The notes: generated by a model from the letters alone, not told the origin. DNA of 64,000 nt from Eledone cirrhosa (GCA_964016885.1 OZ024755.1:32674001-32738000); one strand, 5' to 3'; counted from the first letter of the stretch, positions 24,501 to 38,949 are shown. Program-made: numbers and translations.

Positions 24501-27192
24501 ATATCTACTATTGTATTTACATTACTCTATATTTACTATTGTATTTACATTACTCTATATCTACTATTGTATTTACATTACTCTATATTTACATTACTCT
24601 ATATTTACTATTGTATTTACATTACTCTATATCTACTATTGTATTTACATTACTCTATATTTACTATTGTATTTACATTACTCTATATTTACTATTGTAT
24701 TTACATTACTCTATATTTACTATTGTATTTACATTACTCTATATTTACTATTGTATTTACATTACTCTATATTTACTATTGTATTTACATTACTCTATAT
24801 CTACTATTGTATTTACATTACTCTATATTTACTATTGTATTTACATTACTCTATATTTACTATTGTATTTACATTACTCTATATTTACTATTGTATTTAC
24901 ATTACTCTATATTTACTATTGTATTTACATTACTCTATATTTACTATTGTATTTACATTACTCTATATCTACTATTGTATTTACATTACTCTATATTTAC
25001 TATTGTATTTACATTACTCTATATTTACTATTGTATTTACATTACTCTATATCTACTATTGTATTTACATTACTCTATATTTACTATTGTATTTACATTA
25101 CTCTATATTTACTATTGTATTTACATTACTCTATATTTACTATTGTATTTACATTACTCTATATTTACTATTGTATTTACATTACTCTATATTTACTATT
25201 GTATTTACATTACTCTATATTTACTATTGTATTTACATTACTCTATATTTACTATTGTATTTACATTACTCTATATCTACTATTGTATTTACATTACTCT
25301 ATATTTACTATTGTATTTACATTACTCTATATTTACTATTGTATTTACATTACTCTATATCTACTATTGTATTTACATTACTCTATATTTACTATTGTAT
25401 TTACATTACTCTATATTTACTATTGTATTTACATTACTCTATATTTACTATTGTATTTACATTACTCTATATTTACTATTGTATTTACATTACTCTATAT
25501 TTACTATTGTATTTACATTACTCTATATTTACTATTGTATTTACATTACTCTATATTTACTATTGTATTTACATTACTCTATATTTACTATTGTATTTAC
25601 ATTACTCTATATTTACTATTGTATTTACATTACTCTATATCTACTATTGTATTTACATTACTCTATATTTACTATTGTATTTACATTACTCTATATTTAC
25701 TATTGTATTTACATTACTCTATATCTACTATTGTATTTACATTACTCTATATTTACTATTGTATTTACATTACTCTATATTTACTATTGTATTTACATTA
25801 CTCTATATTTACTATTGTATTTACATTACTCTATATCTACTATTGTATTTACATTACTCTATATTTACTATTGTATTTACATTACTCTATATTTACTATT
25901 GTATTTACATTACTCTATATTTACTATTGTATTTACATTACTCTATATCTACTATTGTATTTACATTACTCTATATTTACTATTGTATTTACATTACTCT
26001 ATATCTACTATTGTATTTACATTACTCTATATTTACTATTGTATTTACATTACTCTATATTTACATTACTCTATATTTACTATTGTATTTACATTACTCT
26101 ATATCTACTATTGTATTTACATTACTCTATATTTACTATTGTATTTACATTACTCTATATTTACTATTGTATTTACATTACTCTATATTTACATTACTCT
26201 ATATTTACTATTGTATTTACATTACTCTATATTTACATTACTCTATATTTACTATTGTATTTACATTACTCTATATCTACTATTGTATTTACATTACTCT
26301 ATATTTACTATTGTATTTACATTACTCTATATTTACTATTGTATTTACATTACTCTATATTTACATTACTCTATATTTACTATTGTATTTACATTACTCT
26401 ATATTTACTATTGTATTTACATTACTCTATATTTACATTACTCTATATTTACTATTGTATTTACATTACTCTATATCTACTATTGTATTTACATTACTCT
26501 ATATTTACTATTGTATTTACATTACTCTATATTTACTATTGTATTTACATTACTCTATATTTACATTTCTCTATATTTACTATTGTATTTACATTACTCT
26601 ATATCTACTATTGTATTTACATTACTCTATATTTACTATTGTATTTACATTACTCTATATTTACTATTGTATTTACATTACTCTATATTTACTATTGTAT
26701 TTACATTACTCTATATTTACATTACTCTATATTTACTATTGTATTTACATTACTCTATATCTACTATTGTATTTACATTACTCTATATTTACATTACTCT
26801 ATATTTACTATTGTATTTACATTACTCTATATCTACTATTGTATTTACATTACTCTATATCTACTATTGTATTTACATTACTCTATATTTACATTACTCT
26901 ATATTTACTATTGTATTTACATTACTCTATATCTACTATTGTATTTACATTACTCTATATTTACATTACTCTATATTTACTATTGTATTTACATTACTCT
27001 ATATTTACTATTGTATTTACATTACTCTATATTTATTATTGTATTTTCATGGTAAAGGCTTTATCTCACATAATATTGAATCTACGAGATTTTGATATTA
27101 TTTACTTTGAGAACAATATCTTAACATCAGTATGAGTGGCCAGTTACAGCCAGTTTGAACAGAAAGAAGTGAGGGAATTGCTAAAGGGTGAA
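21572..27192 (-). mobile_element. piggyBac-type MITE expanded by an internal 28-bp array
   Basis: The array runs directly into the MITE body TTTTCATGGTAAAGGCTTTATCTCACA... and ends GCTAAAGGGTGAA. Confidence 0.85.
21577..27045. repeat. 28-bp minisatellite TTTACATTACTCTATAT[T/C]TACTATTGTA, about 195-200 units with occasional 16-bp short units
   Basis: Directly visible. The plus strand of the unit has no stop codon in any frame, which explains the 700-1830 aa ORFs. Confidence 0.97.
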
Positions 27193-27464
27193 TCAACTTT
27201 ACTCCACCAACCCAAATTCACTGGCCTTGTCCCTAAACTAGAAATCAATATATGGTAGAGATCTTAAACTTGCTTGAAATTATTTATCATAATTATATAT
27301 TTAGGTCCTGTCCTGTCAGAATCAATTGTTCCGACAATTGATCTGGCTGGATCCCCAAGCTCATGGATGTTAACCAAGCATCTTGCCCGGGGTCTACCAG
27401 CTGGCTGGCTTTGTCCACGACCCTCTCAAGAATAAGTGGGTAAAGAAGATATATATGCGTAAAT

Positions 27465-27789
27465 GGAGGCACATGGCTTAGTGGTTAGAGCATTGGCCTT
27501 GCAATCGAAAGGTTGTGAGTTCAATTCTCAGACCGGGTGATGCCCTTGAGCAAGACACTTTATTTCACATTGCTCCAGTTTACTCAGCTGTAGAAATGAG
27601 ATGATAGGGACTGGTGTCCCTATCATTCCACTGCAAAGTGGTCGTGCAGGTGACACGGCAAAAAAGCACCCAGCACTCACTGTAAATGAGGTTGGTGTTA
27701 GGAAGGGCATCCAGCTGTAGAAATCAAGCCAGAATCAGTTCCCGTCCCACCCTTGCAAGCAGGGAAAAGTGGACGTATGATGATGATGA
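27465..27789 (+). mobile_element. SINE family B (CORE-like + RTE tail)
   Basis: Near-identical to 1234-1567. Confidence 0.85.
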
Positions 27790-28297
27790 TATATATATAT
27801 ATATATAACTTTATCACATTTCTATCTATCTATCTCTGCCTCCCATTCTCACTCTTTCTATACACAAACACTCTCTCTATCCTTCCTCTTCTCTCTATGG
27901 CCACAATTGTTTCTAACACAGAAGAACCAAACTCCCACTGTTACTACCCCCTGATGTTCTTAATGCATTTGAGAAAAACAGAAAAATCCAAGCTTTCCAT
28001 TATGTATCTCTTAAAATAATTTTGAATTCATGAAATAAAAATTTATCAAAAATATATTCAAGAGAACAGCTCAGAATAAATATAAGCTTCTAATAAGACA
28101 AGCTGTAATATGTATTAAGATGGATTAACTGACTGTGACATATGTATAACCAAAACTTAGTGTTATACTTAGTAAAAAGATATAATGCTAAAAGTATTAT
28201 TCAGAAAATTAGGTTAGGAAAGACTTGTATATGTTGTGTCACATTTTATCCAATAAAATTGAACCACACTTAAAACAGTGATTATGAATCGGACATT

Positions 28298-28513
28298 TTA
28301 ACCCTTTAGCTTTTAAACTGAACATATCCGGCTAGAATTATCTAATCTCTTTCTGTTCAAACTGGTTGTAACTGGCTGTTCATTCTGATGTTAAGCTATT
28401 ATTCTCAAAATAAATATGAAAATCTCATAGATTCGATATTATCTGAGATAATTATGTGAGGTAAAGCCTTTACCATAAAAACATAATAGTAAATATAGAT
28501 GCTAAAGGGTTAA
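28298..28513 (+). mobile_element. piggyBac-type MITE
   Basis: TTAACCCTTTAGC ... GCTAAAGGGTTAA. Confidence 0.85.
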
Positions 28514-29849
28514 AAATCAACTAGTTTGAAGTGACTTTGTTAGCATTTTTTTAATTATACATTATTTGAATCATCAAATAATGTATAATTAGCAAAAATT
28601 GGTAAAGGCCTTACCTCACATAATTATCTCAGATAATATCGAATCTATGAGATTTTCATATTTATTTTGAGAATAATACCTTAACATCAGAATGAACAGC
28701 CAAAGTATTTGAAAATATTGGGAAATATACAAAATCAGAAAATAAAGATAGAACTAAGCAAGAAAGAGTTAAATAGCAAAATACATTAACATATTAACAA
28801 ATATGTTAATAGACCAAAAACCTATATTATAGAGTAATGTAAATACTAAAAGGTTAAGAAAATATCAAATATATGACTATATGACTGAACAAAGGACTAC
28901 CTTGTTCAGAGATATAACTTATAAGATAGATAAATAAGTCTACTAAGAAATAAAACTAAAACAGAAAATGTAATGCTTAAGTTAAACACTATAGAAATGC
29001 CACTTGAACCAATGTTTGATGCAGATAATAGCATACTTATGAGGATTAGCAGTAATCTTTCAAATTACCACTGCTATTGGTATAAATGGCTTTCAAAAAT
29101 ATCCTAAAATCTTATGTGAAGACATGAGGCAAATTATAATTGAATTTATTCTAGTCTAAAGGATTTTTGCAAAAGTCCTCTCAGTGTGACAGCTTTGTAG
29201 TTAATTATTTGCCCAACAGCTAGCTCACTTCACAGGCATTCTCTGCCTTGTACAGCTCTCGGCTATACTAGGTTCCTTCAGAACATATAAGAGAATGAAT
29301 TAGGCAGATATATGGATTGGATAACAGAGCAAACTATGCCAGCATCAACGAACTTCATTATGTTGTATGGAAAGTACATCTTTGCTTTGATGAGAAGAGA
29401 TTGGGAGCAGGGTTTTGATCACATACAAGTGATATTTAAATATATGCATACCAGTGTCAGGTTTCTTTTATAGATGAGAGTGATACTGTTCCTTGGGGGA
29501 AAAAAAGACACCTGAGTGTAATTTCTCTAAGGTACAGAGAAGCCATTACAAAGAAGCTATCAAATTCTCCTTTATCAATAGAAAACTGTTCAGTGACAGA
29601 TGATGCTTTAACAATTTCATATTGTCTCTTGATGACTGTCATTTCTCTTAGGGTTTCCTCTATTCTGGTTGCCTCCCATTCACACATGCTTATTAATAAA
29701 TACAAACATATCAAGAGAGCAACAAACACCTCGCTCAACTTACTAGAAATAGCAGCCAAATATATATCAAATCATACCAATTTTTAAACACACACACACA
29801 CACATTGGGCATCTCATATGTTGACTACATCACAAATGAGCTGGTCATT

Positions 29850-30055
29850 CAAAACCATAACTAGCATCACATTTACCCATGTGAAGACCTTCTGACAACA
29901 ATGAAGACAAGAAAGCGGAGATGGTATAGCCATGTAAACAAGATTCAGTGGACTTGTAAAGTTTATCTTACAAGTAACTGTGAAGGGGGAGAGAAAGAGA
30001 GAAGACAAAGAAAAAGATGGACAGACAACACAAATGAGTTGACAGGCAAATCCAT
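29850..30055 (+). mobile_element. decayed RTE/BovB-like LINE C-terminal fragment
   Basis: Frameshifted EDLLTTMKTRKRRWYSHV...RQRKRWTDN. Confidence 0.6.
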
Positions 30056-30204
30056 ACTTTCTAAATTTTCAATTTTACTTTCTGACTATGAAGTATATTT
30101 GAAACAAACCTTACAAAACTTATTTCTGGTCATGCACTGTTGCTAGAACTCATCATGCCTATGTGATGGATTCTAATCTATATATAAATTTGAGCAACTT
30201 CCAT

Positions 30205-30400
30205 CTGTCCTGTATTTTCTCACCTCACTCTGTTCAAACAGGCCGTAACCGCCTGCTTATACTTATGTTAAGGTATTGTTCACAAAATAAATATCAAAAT
30301 CTCATAGATTCGATATTACGTGAGATAATTATGTGAAATAAAGTGTTTACCATAAAAATACAACAGTAAATATAGAGCAATGTAAATGCTAAAGGGTTAA
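30205..30400 (+). mobile_element. piggyBac-type MITE, 5'-truncated
   Basis: Body match; right end TAAATGCTAAAGGGTTAA. Confidence 0.8.
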
Positions 30401-31424
30401 ATGCCTTCCTTCACACACTTACGGCATAGGACATCCCCAGAATAGAGCAAGACACCGGCACTTTTCAGTAGTGCCAATTTGTAATTAAACAGGCGACACA
30501 AAGTCTAGACTTAAACTCCAAACATGCACACTTCTGCAAAGCATCTTATTCAGTAAACAGTCAACTCTTAATTTGTTAAAATATCAGAAGAAAGCCACCG
30601 AAGGTGACATAAAAAGGCAAAGTAACTTAGACTTAAGCTCAAAGCTTAACTCAGGATAGCATTCCTGCAATGTGGTGTTAATGTGCAAAGAAAACTATAC
30701 CACATCTGTGGGTTGGTAGCTACCCTGTACATCTAATTCTAGCTCGAGGATTAACTGCTTCCCAGAACCTATACATCACCCAAACTATCAAATTTCTTAT
30801 CCATACAATCCGATAATACTCACACCAGAAAACAACCTTTTTTAACACTATATGTCCACTGCAGCACATAACTTTTACCCATTTACTGTAGATTGTTTTC
30901 AGTTTTCAAAATGTCTTCTTATATTAACATCTTTGCCAGACATTGCTCTAATAGAAACTTCATTTAATGAAGAGGCCTTTCATCAGAAAGATGAAAGGCA
31001 TGTTAGTTTACACTTTAGATCTAAACTAAAACTGAACATCAACTACTATATCTTGCAATAATGCTAGAATATGTCTGGAAAACTACTGCTACTACCACAG
31101 CCATTGTTGTTTGTGTATCAAGTGGAGAGGAGTGACATTACAAAACAGCCACTACTGTTAACATTAATGTCGCTAATGTTTCTAATATGTTAGAAATCAA
31201 TAGTAATGTTAATACATGTGAATAAAAATGAAAAGCACTGATTGTATGCTCTTTATTATTTTCCTTATTCTTCAGATGACCAAACTCATGATTCAATTTT
31301 ACTTCTTGTTGAAACCATTTTGGTTCATTCATGTTGTTTGTTGCCTTTCACCAAACACAATTGCCCTCAACTTCCATCTTTAAAATGTTAAGCTTCATGG
31401 TTCTTTTAAAATTATTAAACCTTC

Positions 31425-31830
31425 TCATCATCGTCGTCATTGCAGGCTGAGTTTACACTCGCAAAGATTCAGCACGGTCTCTCAAATCGTTCCAGTCGAG
31501 CATGACATTTCTCAGTTCATCAATGTTATCAATGTTGGCATCTCTCAGCAGGGTATCAATGAATGAGACGGCCTGTCTTCCCACACTTCTTTGCCCGACT
31601 GTCAGTTTCCAGAGCCCAAGTTATGATGCTATCTCTTCTGGATGACAGATGCAGTGCCCAGCCAGTTTCATTCGTCTGCAGACAAATTTTTTTTGAGACT
31701 GGTGGTAGTGATCTGTATAGTTCCTTATTTGTCAGCTTCTGTTTCCAAAAAATGTTGAGAGCCATTCTCAACATCCTTGTGTAACACCCGTCAAATCTCT
31801 TGCATATCACTTTGTCAATAGTCCATGTAA
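31425..31830 (-). mobile_element. RTE-like LINE 3' fragment (third family)
   Basis: KRFDGCYTRMLRMALNIFWKQKLTNKELYRSLPPVSKKI followed by frameshifted RRMKLAGHCI; short (GAT/GAC)n tail. Confidence 0.75.
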
Positions 31831-33374
31831 AATATATACCTATAGAATGAATTCAATGTAGTCAGATACCTTGAGAGATTTCCATTATATTGCAGATTAT
31901 AATTCTGTTAAAAAGAGTGAGGAAGCAAGAAGCAGTCATAGAGAATCAACGAATGATGATATATATATAACTAATTCAATAGATATCTATACTTAAAAAT
32001 GTATAGTCTTCTCCAGAGATATCTCAGCCACATAGCTCATAAACCAAGATAACTTCCCTTCTGAATGTCCACTCTCCAGCAATTAGTCAACATAAACATT
32101 CTTACTGGTGTCATACTAAATTGTCATGCCTTGAAATGTTTGAATAATCTATTTTTAATATCATTTTTTAAACCTTAAGCTTATTTTTATAACAGCAGCA
32201 GAATTTCAGAAACATTACTAGACAAAAATAGAGTAGGTACATAAAATGTATGATAATCTTAGACAAAGAAGTCATAAATGGGAAAAAATAATTGCATTTT
32301 AATAATAATCTACTAATTAATAAAAATTAATGATAATGTTAAAGGTCATTTTGTCTAATTTCTTTTGATTTTGTTTAGCTTTCATGTATGTCTATGAAAC
32401 ACTTAGAGATAGCTAAGACTAAATGATGTCAGGGGATTGAAATCAGTATTTAAAGAGAGGGGGAAATTTCTAAGCTATTTTATTGTTCATTTTTATATAA
32501 AAACTTAATAATACTGAATTAATTATATGCAATTTTACTAATTTTCACTAGAAACCAAATCTATAAGTGAGTATGATGTAATGGGGGAAAAATTTGAAAG
32601 AAAATGAATTAACAACTTCAGAAAAATTAGGCAATAAGTCTCAGACATTTTTACAATTTTCCTGAAACTAAAACTATATCTAATAAAGCTCTGTTTTGTT
32701 GTTTCCTTTCATTCTTTGTCCTGTTAAAGGGAACAAGTTTAAAATTTAGCTTGTATTAAATTCTAGAGGCAGAGTAGAGCAGGAAAGATCTATTAAAAAA
32801 ATCATTATTAACTGAAGTTTTTCTCTTTATTTACTCTATTATTTAGTAATCAAATGTTATCGGTGAAACGATGTGGAAAAGCAGGAGCATATTTGGAGAA
32901 AAGACTTGACAGCAGTGATGAGGTAGAGCTGGTAATTCAGCTAATCTTTTTTTTATTTGATAAAGAATGTAGAATGGGGAAGTAATGCAGCAGTATATAA
33001 ATCAAGGCAGAGTTTTCAAGCATTATGTCAATGCCTCATCATCATAATAAACTGAAACTGCTGATAGACATTTTAGATTATTAAATGTTTTATCAAATTA
33101 TGCTCACAGTATCACACTCTTGATATGAGCACCAGACAAAAAGAAATACATGTCTCATCAATCATACTATCTAAGCTATAGAAAATATCTAATACAACCA
33201 CTCCATTCTAGTCTTGAAGATTAAACTCCATACCCTATTATCTCAATGTACTCCATATAATAGATATGTTGGTTTACACCAGATGTATTTCTATAATGTA
33301 CCCACTAGATGTATCCACCAGAGGTTTTGCTAGTCTTTCTACTAGTTATATGACTGTTTAATGTAGTAATATAG

Positions 33375-36300
33375 CTACACTGTATCATGTAGCTATATGA
33401 CTACACTGTATCATGTAGCTACATGGCTACACTATATCATGTAGCTACATGGCTACACTATATCATGTAGCTATATGGCTACAGTCTATCTACCAGCTAT
33501 ATAGCCAGTCTATCTACCAGCTATATAGCCACAGTCTATCTACCAGCTATATAGCCACAGTCTATCTACCAGCTATATAGCCAGTCTAGCTACCAGCGAT
33601 ATAGCTATGGTCTATCTACCAGCTATATAGCCACAGTCTATCTACCAGCTATATAGCCAGTCTATCTACCAGCTATATAGCCAGTCTATCTACCAGCGAT
33701 ATAGCTATGGTCTATCTACCAGCTATATAGCCACAGTCTATCTACCAGCTATATAGCTACAGTCTATCTACCAGTTATATAGCTACAGTATATCTACCAG
33801 CTATATAGCCACAGTCTATCTACCAGCTATATAGCCACACTATCTACCAGCTATATAGCCAGTCTATCTACCAGCTATATAGCTATGGTCTATCTACCAG
33901 CTATATAGCCACAGTCTATCTACCAGCTATATAGCTACAGTCTATCTACCAGTTATATAGCTACAGTATATCTACCAGCTATATAGCCACAGTCTATCTA
34001 CCAGCTATATAGCCACACTATCTACCAGCTATATAGCTACAGTCTATCTACCAGTTATATAGCTACAGTCTATCTACCAGTTATATAGCTACAGTATATC
34101 TACCAGCTATATAGCCACAGTCTATCTACCAGCTATATAGCCAGTCTATCTACCAGCTATATAGCCACAGTCTATCTACCAGCTATATAGCCACAGTCTA
34201 TCTACCAGCTATATGGCTACAGTCTATCTACCAGCTATATAGCCACAGTCTATCTACCAGCTATATAGCCACAGTCTATCTACCAGCTATATAGCCACAG
34301 TCTATCTACCAGTTATATAGCTACAGTCTATCTACCAGCTATATGGCTACAGTATATCTACCAGTTATATAGCTACAGTCTATCTACCAGCATTAGTCTA
34401 TCTACCAGCTATATAGCCACAGTCTACCAGCTATATAGCCAGTCTATCTACCAGCTATATAGCTATGGTCTATCTACCAGCTATATAGCCACAGTCTATC
34501 TACCAGCTATATAGCTACAGTCTATCTACCAGTTATATAGCTACAGTCTATCTACCAGTTATATAGCTACAGTCTATCTACCAGCTATATAGCTACAGTC
34601 TATCTACCAGCTACAGTCTATCTACCAGCTATATAGCTACAGTCTATCTACCAGCTATATAGCCACAGTCTATCTACCAGCTATATAGCCAGTCTATCTA
34701 CCAGCTATATAGCCACAGTCTATCTACCAGCTATATAGCCACAGTCTATCTACCAGCTATATAGCCACAGTCTATCTACCAGCTATATAGCCAGTCTATC
34801 TACCAGCTATATAGCCACAGTCTATCTACCAGCTATATAGCTACAGTCTATCTACCAGTTATATAGCTACAGTCTATCTACCAGCTATATAGCTACAGTC
34901 TATCTACCAGCTATATAGCCACAGTCTATCTACCAGCTATATAGCCAGTCTATCTACCAGCTATATAGCCACAGTCTATCTACCAGCTATATAGCCACAG
35001 TCTATCTACCAGCTATATAGCCACAGTCTATCTACCAGCTATATAGCCAGTCTATCTACCAGCTATATAGCCACAGTCTATCTACCAGCTATATAGCCAC
35101 AGTCTATCTACCAGCTATATAGCCACAGTCTATCTACCAGCTATATAGCCACAGTCTATCTACCAGCTATATAGCCACAGTCTATCTACCAGCTATATAG
35201 CCAGTCTATCTACCAGCTATATAGCCACAGTCTATCTACCAGCTATATAGCCACAGTCTATCTACCAGCTATATAGCCACACTATCTACCAGCTATATAG
35301 CCACAGTCTATCTACCAGCTATATAGCCACACTATCTACCAGCTATATAGCTACAGTCTATCTACCAGTTATATAGCCACAGTCTATCTACCAGCTATAT
35401 AGCCACACTATCTACCAGCTATATAGCCACAGTCTATCTACCAGTTATATAGCTACAGTCTATCTACCAGTTATATAGCTACAGTCTATCTACCAGCTAT
35501 ATAGCTACAGTATATCTACCAGCTATATAGCCAGTCTATCTACCAGCTATATAGCCACAGTCTATCTACCAGCTATATAGCCAGTCTATCTACCAGCTAT
35601 ATAGCCAGTCTATCTACCAGCTATATAGCCACAGTCTATCTACCAGCTATATAGCCACAGTCTATCTACCAGCTATATAGCCACAGTCTATCTACCAGCT
35701 ATATAGCCAGTCTATCTACCAGCTATATAGCCACAGTCTATCTACCAGCTATATAGCCACAGTCTATCTACCAGCTATATAGCCACAGTCTATCTACCAG
35801 CTATATAGCCACAGTCTATCTACCAGCTATATAGCCACAGTCTATCTACCAGCTATATAGCCACAGTCTATCTACCAGCTATATAGCTACAGTCTATCTA
35901 CCAGTTATATAGCTACAGTCTATCTACCAGTTATATAGCTACAGTCTATCTACCAGCTATATAGCTACAGTATATCTACCAGCTATATAGCCACAGTCTA
36001 TCTACCAGCTATATAGCCAGTCTATCTACCAGCTATATAGCCACAGTCTATCTACCAGCTATATAGCCACAGTCTATCTACCAGCTATATAGCCACAGTC
36101 TATCTACCAGCTATATAGCCACAGTCTATCTACCAGCTATATAGCCACAGTCTATCTACCAGCTATATAGCCAGTCTATCTACCAGCTATATAGCCACAG
36201 TCTATCTACCAGCTATATTGCCACAGTCTATCTACCAGCTATATAGCCACAGTCTATCTACCAGCTATATAGCCACAGTCTATCTACCAGCTATATAGCC

Positions 36301-37170
36301 ACAGTCTATCTACCAGCTATATAGCCACAGTCTATCTACCAGCTATATAGCCAGTCTATCTACCAGCTATATAGCCACAGTCTATCTACCAGCTATATAG
36401 CCACAGTCTATCTACCAGCTATATAGCCAGTCTATCTACCAGCTATATAGCCACAGTCTATCTACCAGCTATATAGCCACAGTCTATCTACCAGCTATAT
36501 AGCCACAGTCTATCTACCAGCTATATAGCCACAGTCTATCTACCAGCTATATAGCCACAGTCTATCTACCAGCTATATAGCTACAGTCTATCTACCAGCT
36601 ATATAGCCACAGTCTATCTACCAGCTACATAGCCACAGTCTATCTACCAGCTATATAGCCACAGTCTATCTACCAGTTATATAGCTACAGTCTATCTACC
36701 AGTTATATAGCTACAGTCTATCTACCAGCTATATAGCTACAGTATATCTACCAGCTATATAGCCACAGTCTATCTACCAGCTATATAGCCAGTCTATCTA
36801 CCAGCTATATAGCCACAGTCTATCTACCAGCTATATAGCCACAGTCTATCTACCAGCTATATAGCCACACTATCTACCAGCTATATAGCCACAGTCTATC
36901 TACCAGCTATATAGCCACAGTCTATCTACCAGCTATATAGCCACACTATCTACCAGCTATATAGCTACAGTCTATCTACCAGTTATATAGCTACAGTCTA
37001 TCTACCAGCTATATAGCTACAGTCTATCTACAAGCTATATGGCTACAGTCCATCTACCAGCTATATAGCCAGTCTATCTACCAGCTATATAGCCACAGTC
37101 TATCTACCAGCTATATAGCCACAGTCTATCTACCAGCTATATAGCCACAGTCTATCTACCAGCTATATAG
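33375..37170. repeat. 26-bp minisatellite ACAGTCTATCTACCAGCTATATAGC[C/T] with 24-bp variants, about 145-150 units
   Basis: Directly visible; most units contain the palindrome GCTATATAGC. Confidence 0.97.
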
Positions 37171-37303
37171 CATCTACTAATTATACTGTCACAGTGTATT
37201 TCCTAGCTACACTGCCAGTGTATCCACTACCAGTGTTGTTACACTATCTACCAGCTATAAAGCCAAAGTGTATCAAAGGTTTTGATATTATCTATTTTGA
37301 GAA

Positions 37304-37732
37304 AGGCGGTGGATTGGCAGTAACGGTAGAGCCTCAGACACCATGCTTTGCAGCATAAAGTTATGGCCCTTTACCGCCATGTAAGGCGATGAATTAGTAG
37401 TGTTGGTAGAGCCTTGGACACCACGATTTGCAGCATAAAGTTATGGCCCTTTACCGCCATGTAAGGCGATGAATTAGTAGTGTTGGTAGAGCCTTGGACA
37501 CCACGATTTACAGCATAAAGTTATGGCCCTTTACCGCCATGTAAGGCGATGAATTAGTAGTGTTGGTAGAGCTTCGGACACCACGATTTGCAGCATATTG
37601 TTATGTCTCTTTTCGTTCTGAGCTCAAATCCCGTCAAGATTAACTTTGCCTTCCATCCTTATGAGGTTGATAACATAAAGTACCAGTAATACACTGGGGT
37701 ATTGCCGGCCTTGTAATAAAAGTAGAAACAAT
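37304..37732 (+). mobile_element. SINE family A with an 80-bp head segment repeated about 3.5 times
   Basis: CAGCATA recurs at 37351, 37431, 37511 and 37591; TSD TTATYTATTTTGAGAA. Confidence 0.85.
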
Positions 37733-37785
37733 TTATTTATTTTGAGAACAATACCTTAATGTCGATATGAGCAGCCAGTTATGTC

Positions 37786-38725
37786 CAGTTTGAACAGAAA
37801 GAGGTGAGAGAATTCTGGCCGGATACAGCCAGTTTGAACAGAAAGAAGTGAGAGAATTATGGCTGGATACAACCAGTTTGAACAGAAAGAAGTGAGAGAA
37901 TTATGGCCAGATACAGCCAGTTTGAACAGAAAGAGGTGAGAGAATTCTGGCCAGATACAGCCAGTTTGAACAGAAAGAAGTAAGAGAATTCTGGCCAGAT
38001 ACAGCCAGTTTGAACAGAAAGAAGTGAGAGAATTATGGCTGGATACAGCCAGTTTGAACAGAAAGAAGTGAGAGAATTCTGGCCAGATACAGCCAGATAC
38101 AGCCAGTTTGAACAGAAAGAGGTGAGAGAATTCTGGCCAGATACAGCCAGTTTGAACAGAAAGAGGTGAGAGAATTCTGGCCAGATACAGCCAGTTTGAA
38201 CAGAAAGAAGTGAGAGAATTATGGCCAGATACAGCCAGTTTGAACAGAAAGAAGTGAGAGAATTATGGCCAGATACAACCAGCTTGAACAGAAAGCAGTG
38301 AGAGAATTCTGGCTGGATACAACCAGTTTGAACAGAAAGAAGTGAGAGAATTCTGGCTGGATACAGCCAGTTTGAACAGAAAGAAGTGAGAGAATTATGG
38401 CCAGATACAGCCAGTTTGAACAGAAAGAAGTGAGAGAATTATGGCCAGATAGAGCCAGTTTGAACAGAAAGAAGTGAGAGAATTATGGCTGGATACAGCC
38501 AGTTTGAACAGAAAGAAGTGAGAGAATTCTGGCCAGATACAGCCAGTTTGAACAGAAAGAGGTGAGAGAATTATGGCCAGATACAGCCAGTTTGAACAGA
38601 AAGAGGTGAGAGAATTCTGGCCAGATACAGCCAGTTTGAACAGAATGAAGTGAGAGAATTCTGGCCAGATACAGCCAGTTTGAACAGAAAGAAGTGAGAG
38701 AATTCTGGCCAGATATGGCCAGTTT
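37786..38725. repeat. 44-bp minisatellite CCAGTTTGAACAGAAAGA[A/G]GTGAGAGAATT[C/A]TGGCCAGATACAG, about 21 units, MITE-derived
   Basis: The unit matches MITE subterminal sequence (compare 46218-46260). Confidence 0.95.
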
Positions 38726-38949
38726 AAATGCTAAAGGGTTAATCCTTATATACAAAAAGATGAATTAGCCATGTTTGGTATATCTTTGATGATAGGTCTG
38801 CTTGATGTTGGTTGACCAGGTGTTAAATACTGACAACTGCTGCAAGGTAAACCATAAACTCTACAGATTCTGCCTACACCTGTCATCATGTTCATTAATA
38901 TATAGTACAGGATTATGATCATATTCAGTTCGTTATTTTAACCATCAAA

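Larger units (their letters stand above)
21405..27250 (+). mobile_element. SINE family A split at a TTAA by a MITE insertion
   Basis: Left part ends GGAGTTGATTTAA; right part resumes TCAACTTTACTCC...GGCCTTGTCCCTAAACTAGAAATC. Compare the uninterrupted GGGGTTGATTTAATCAACTTTC at about 43570. Confidence 0.75.
37278..38742 (-). mobile_element. truncated piggyBac-type MITE containing a nested SINE and a 44-bp array
   Basis: MITE body TTTTGATATTATCTATTTTGAGAA..., ending TAAATGCTAAAGGGTTAA. Confidence 0.85.

Noticed and set aside
21455-27135. Very long ORFs (700-1830 aa) as a repeat protein gene
   Set aside because: All three plus frames are open only because the 28-bp unit lacks stop codons; the unit is MITE sequence.
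29000-29790. Possible exon or decayed transposase (ORFs 29457-29759 and 29593-29787)
   Set aside because: No recognisable motif and no convincing splice structure; would need BLASTX.
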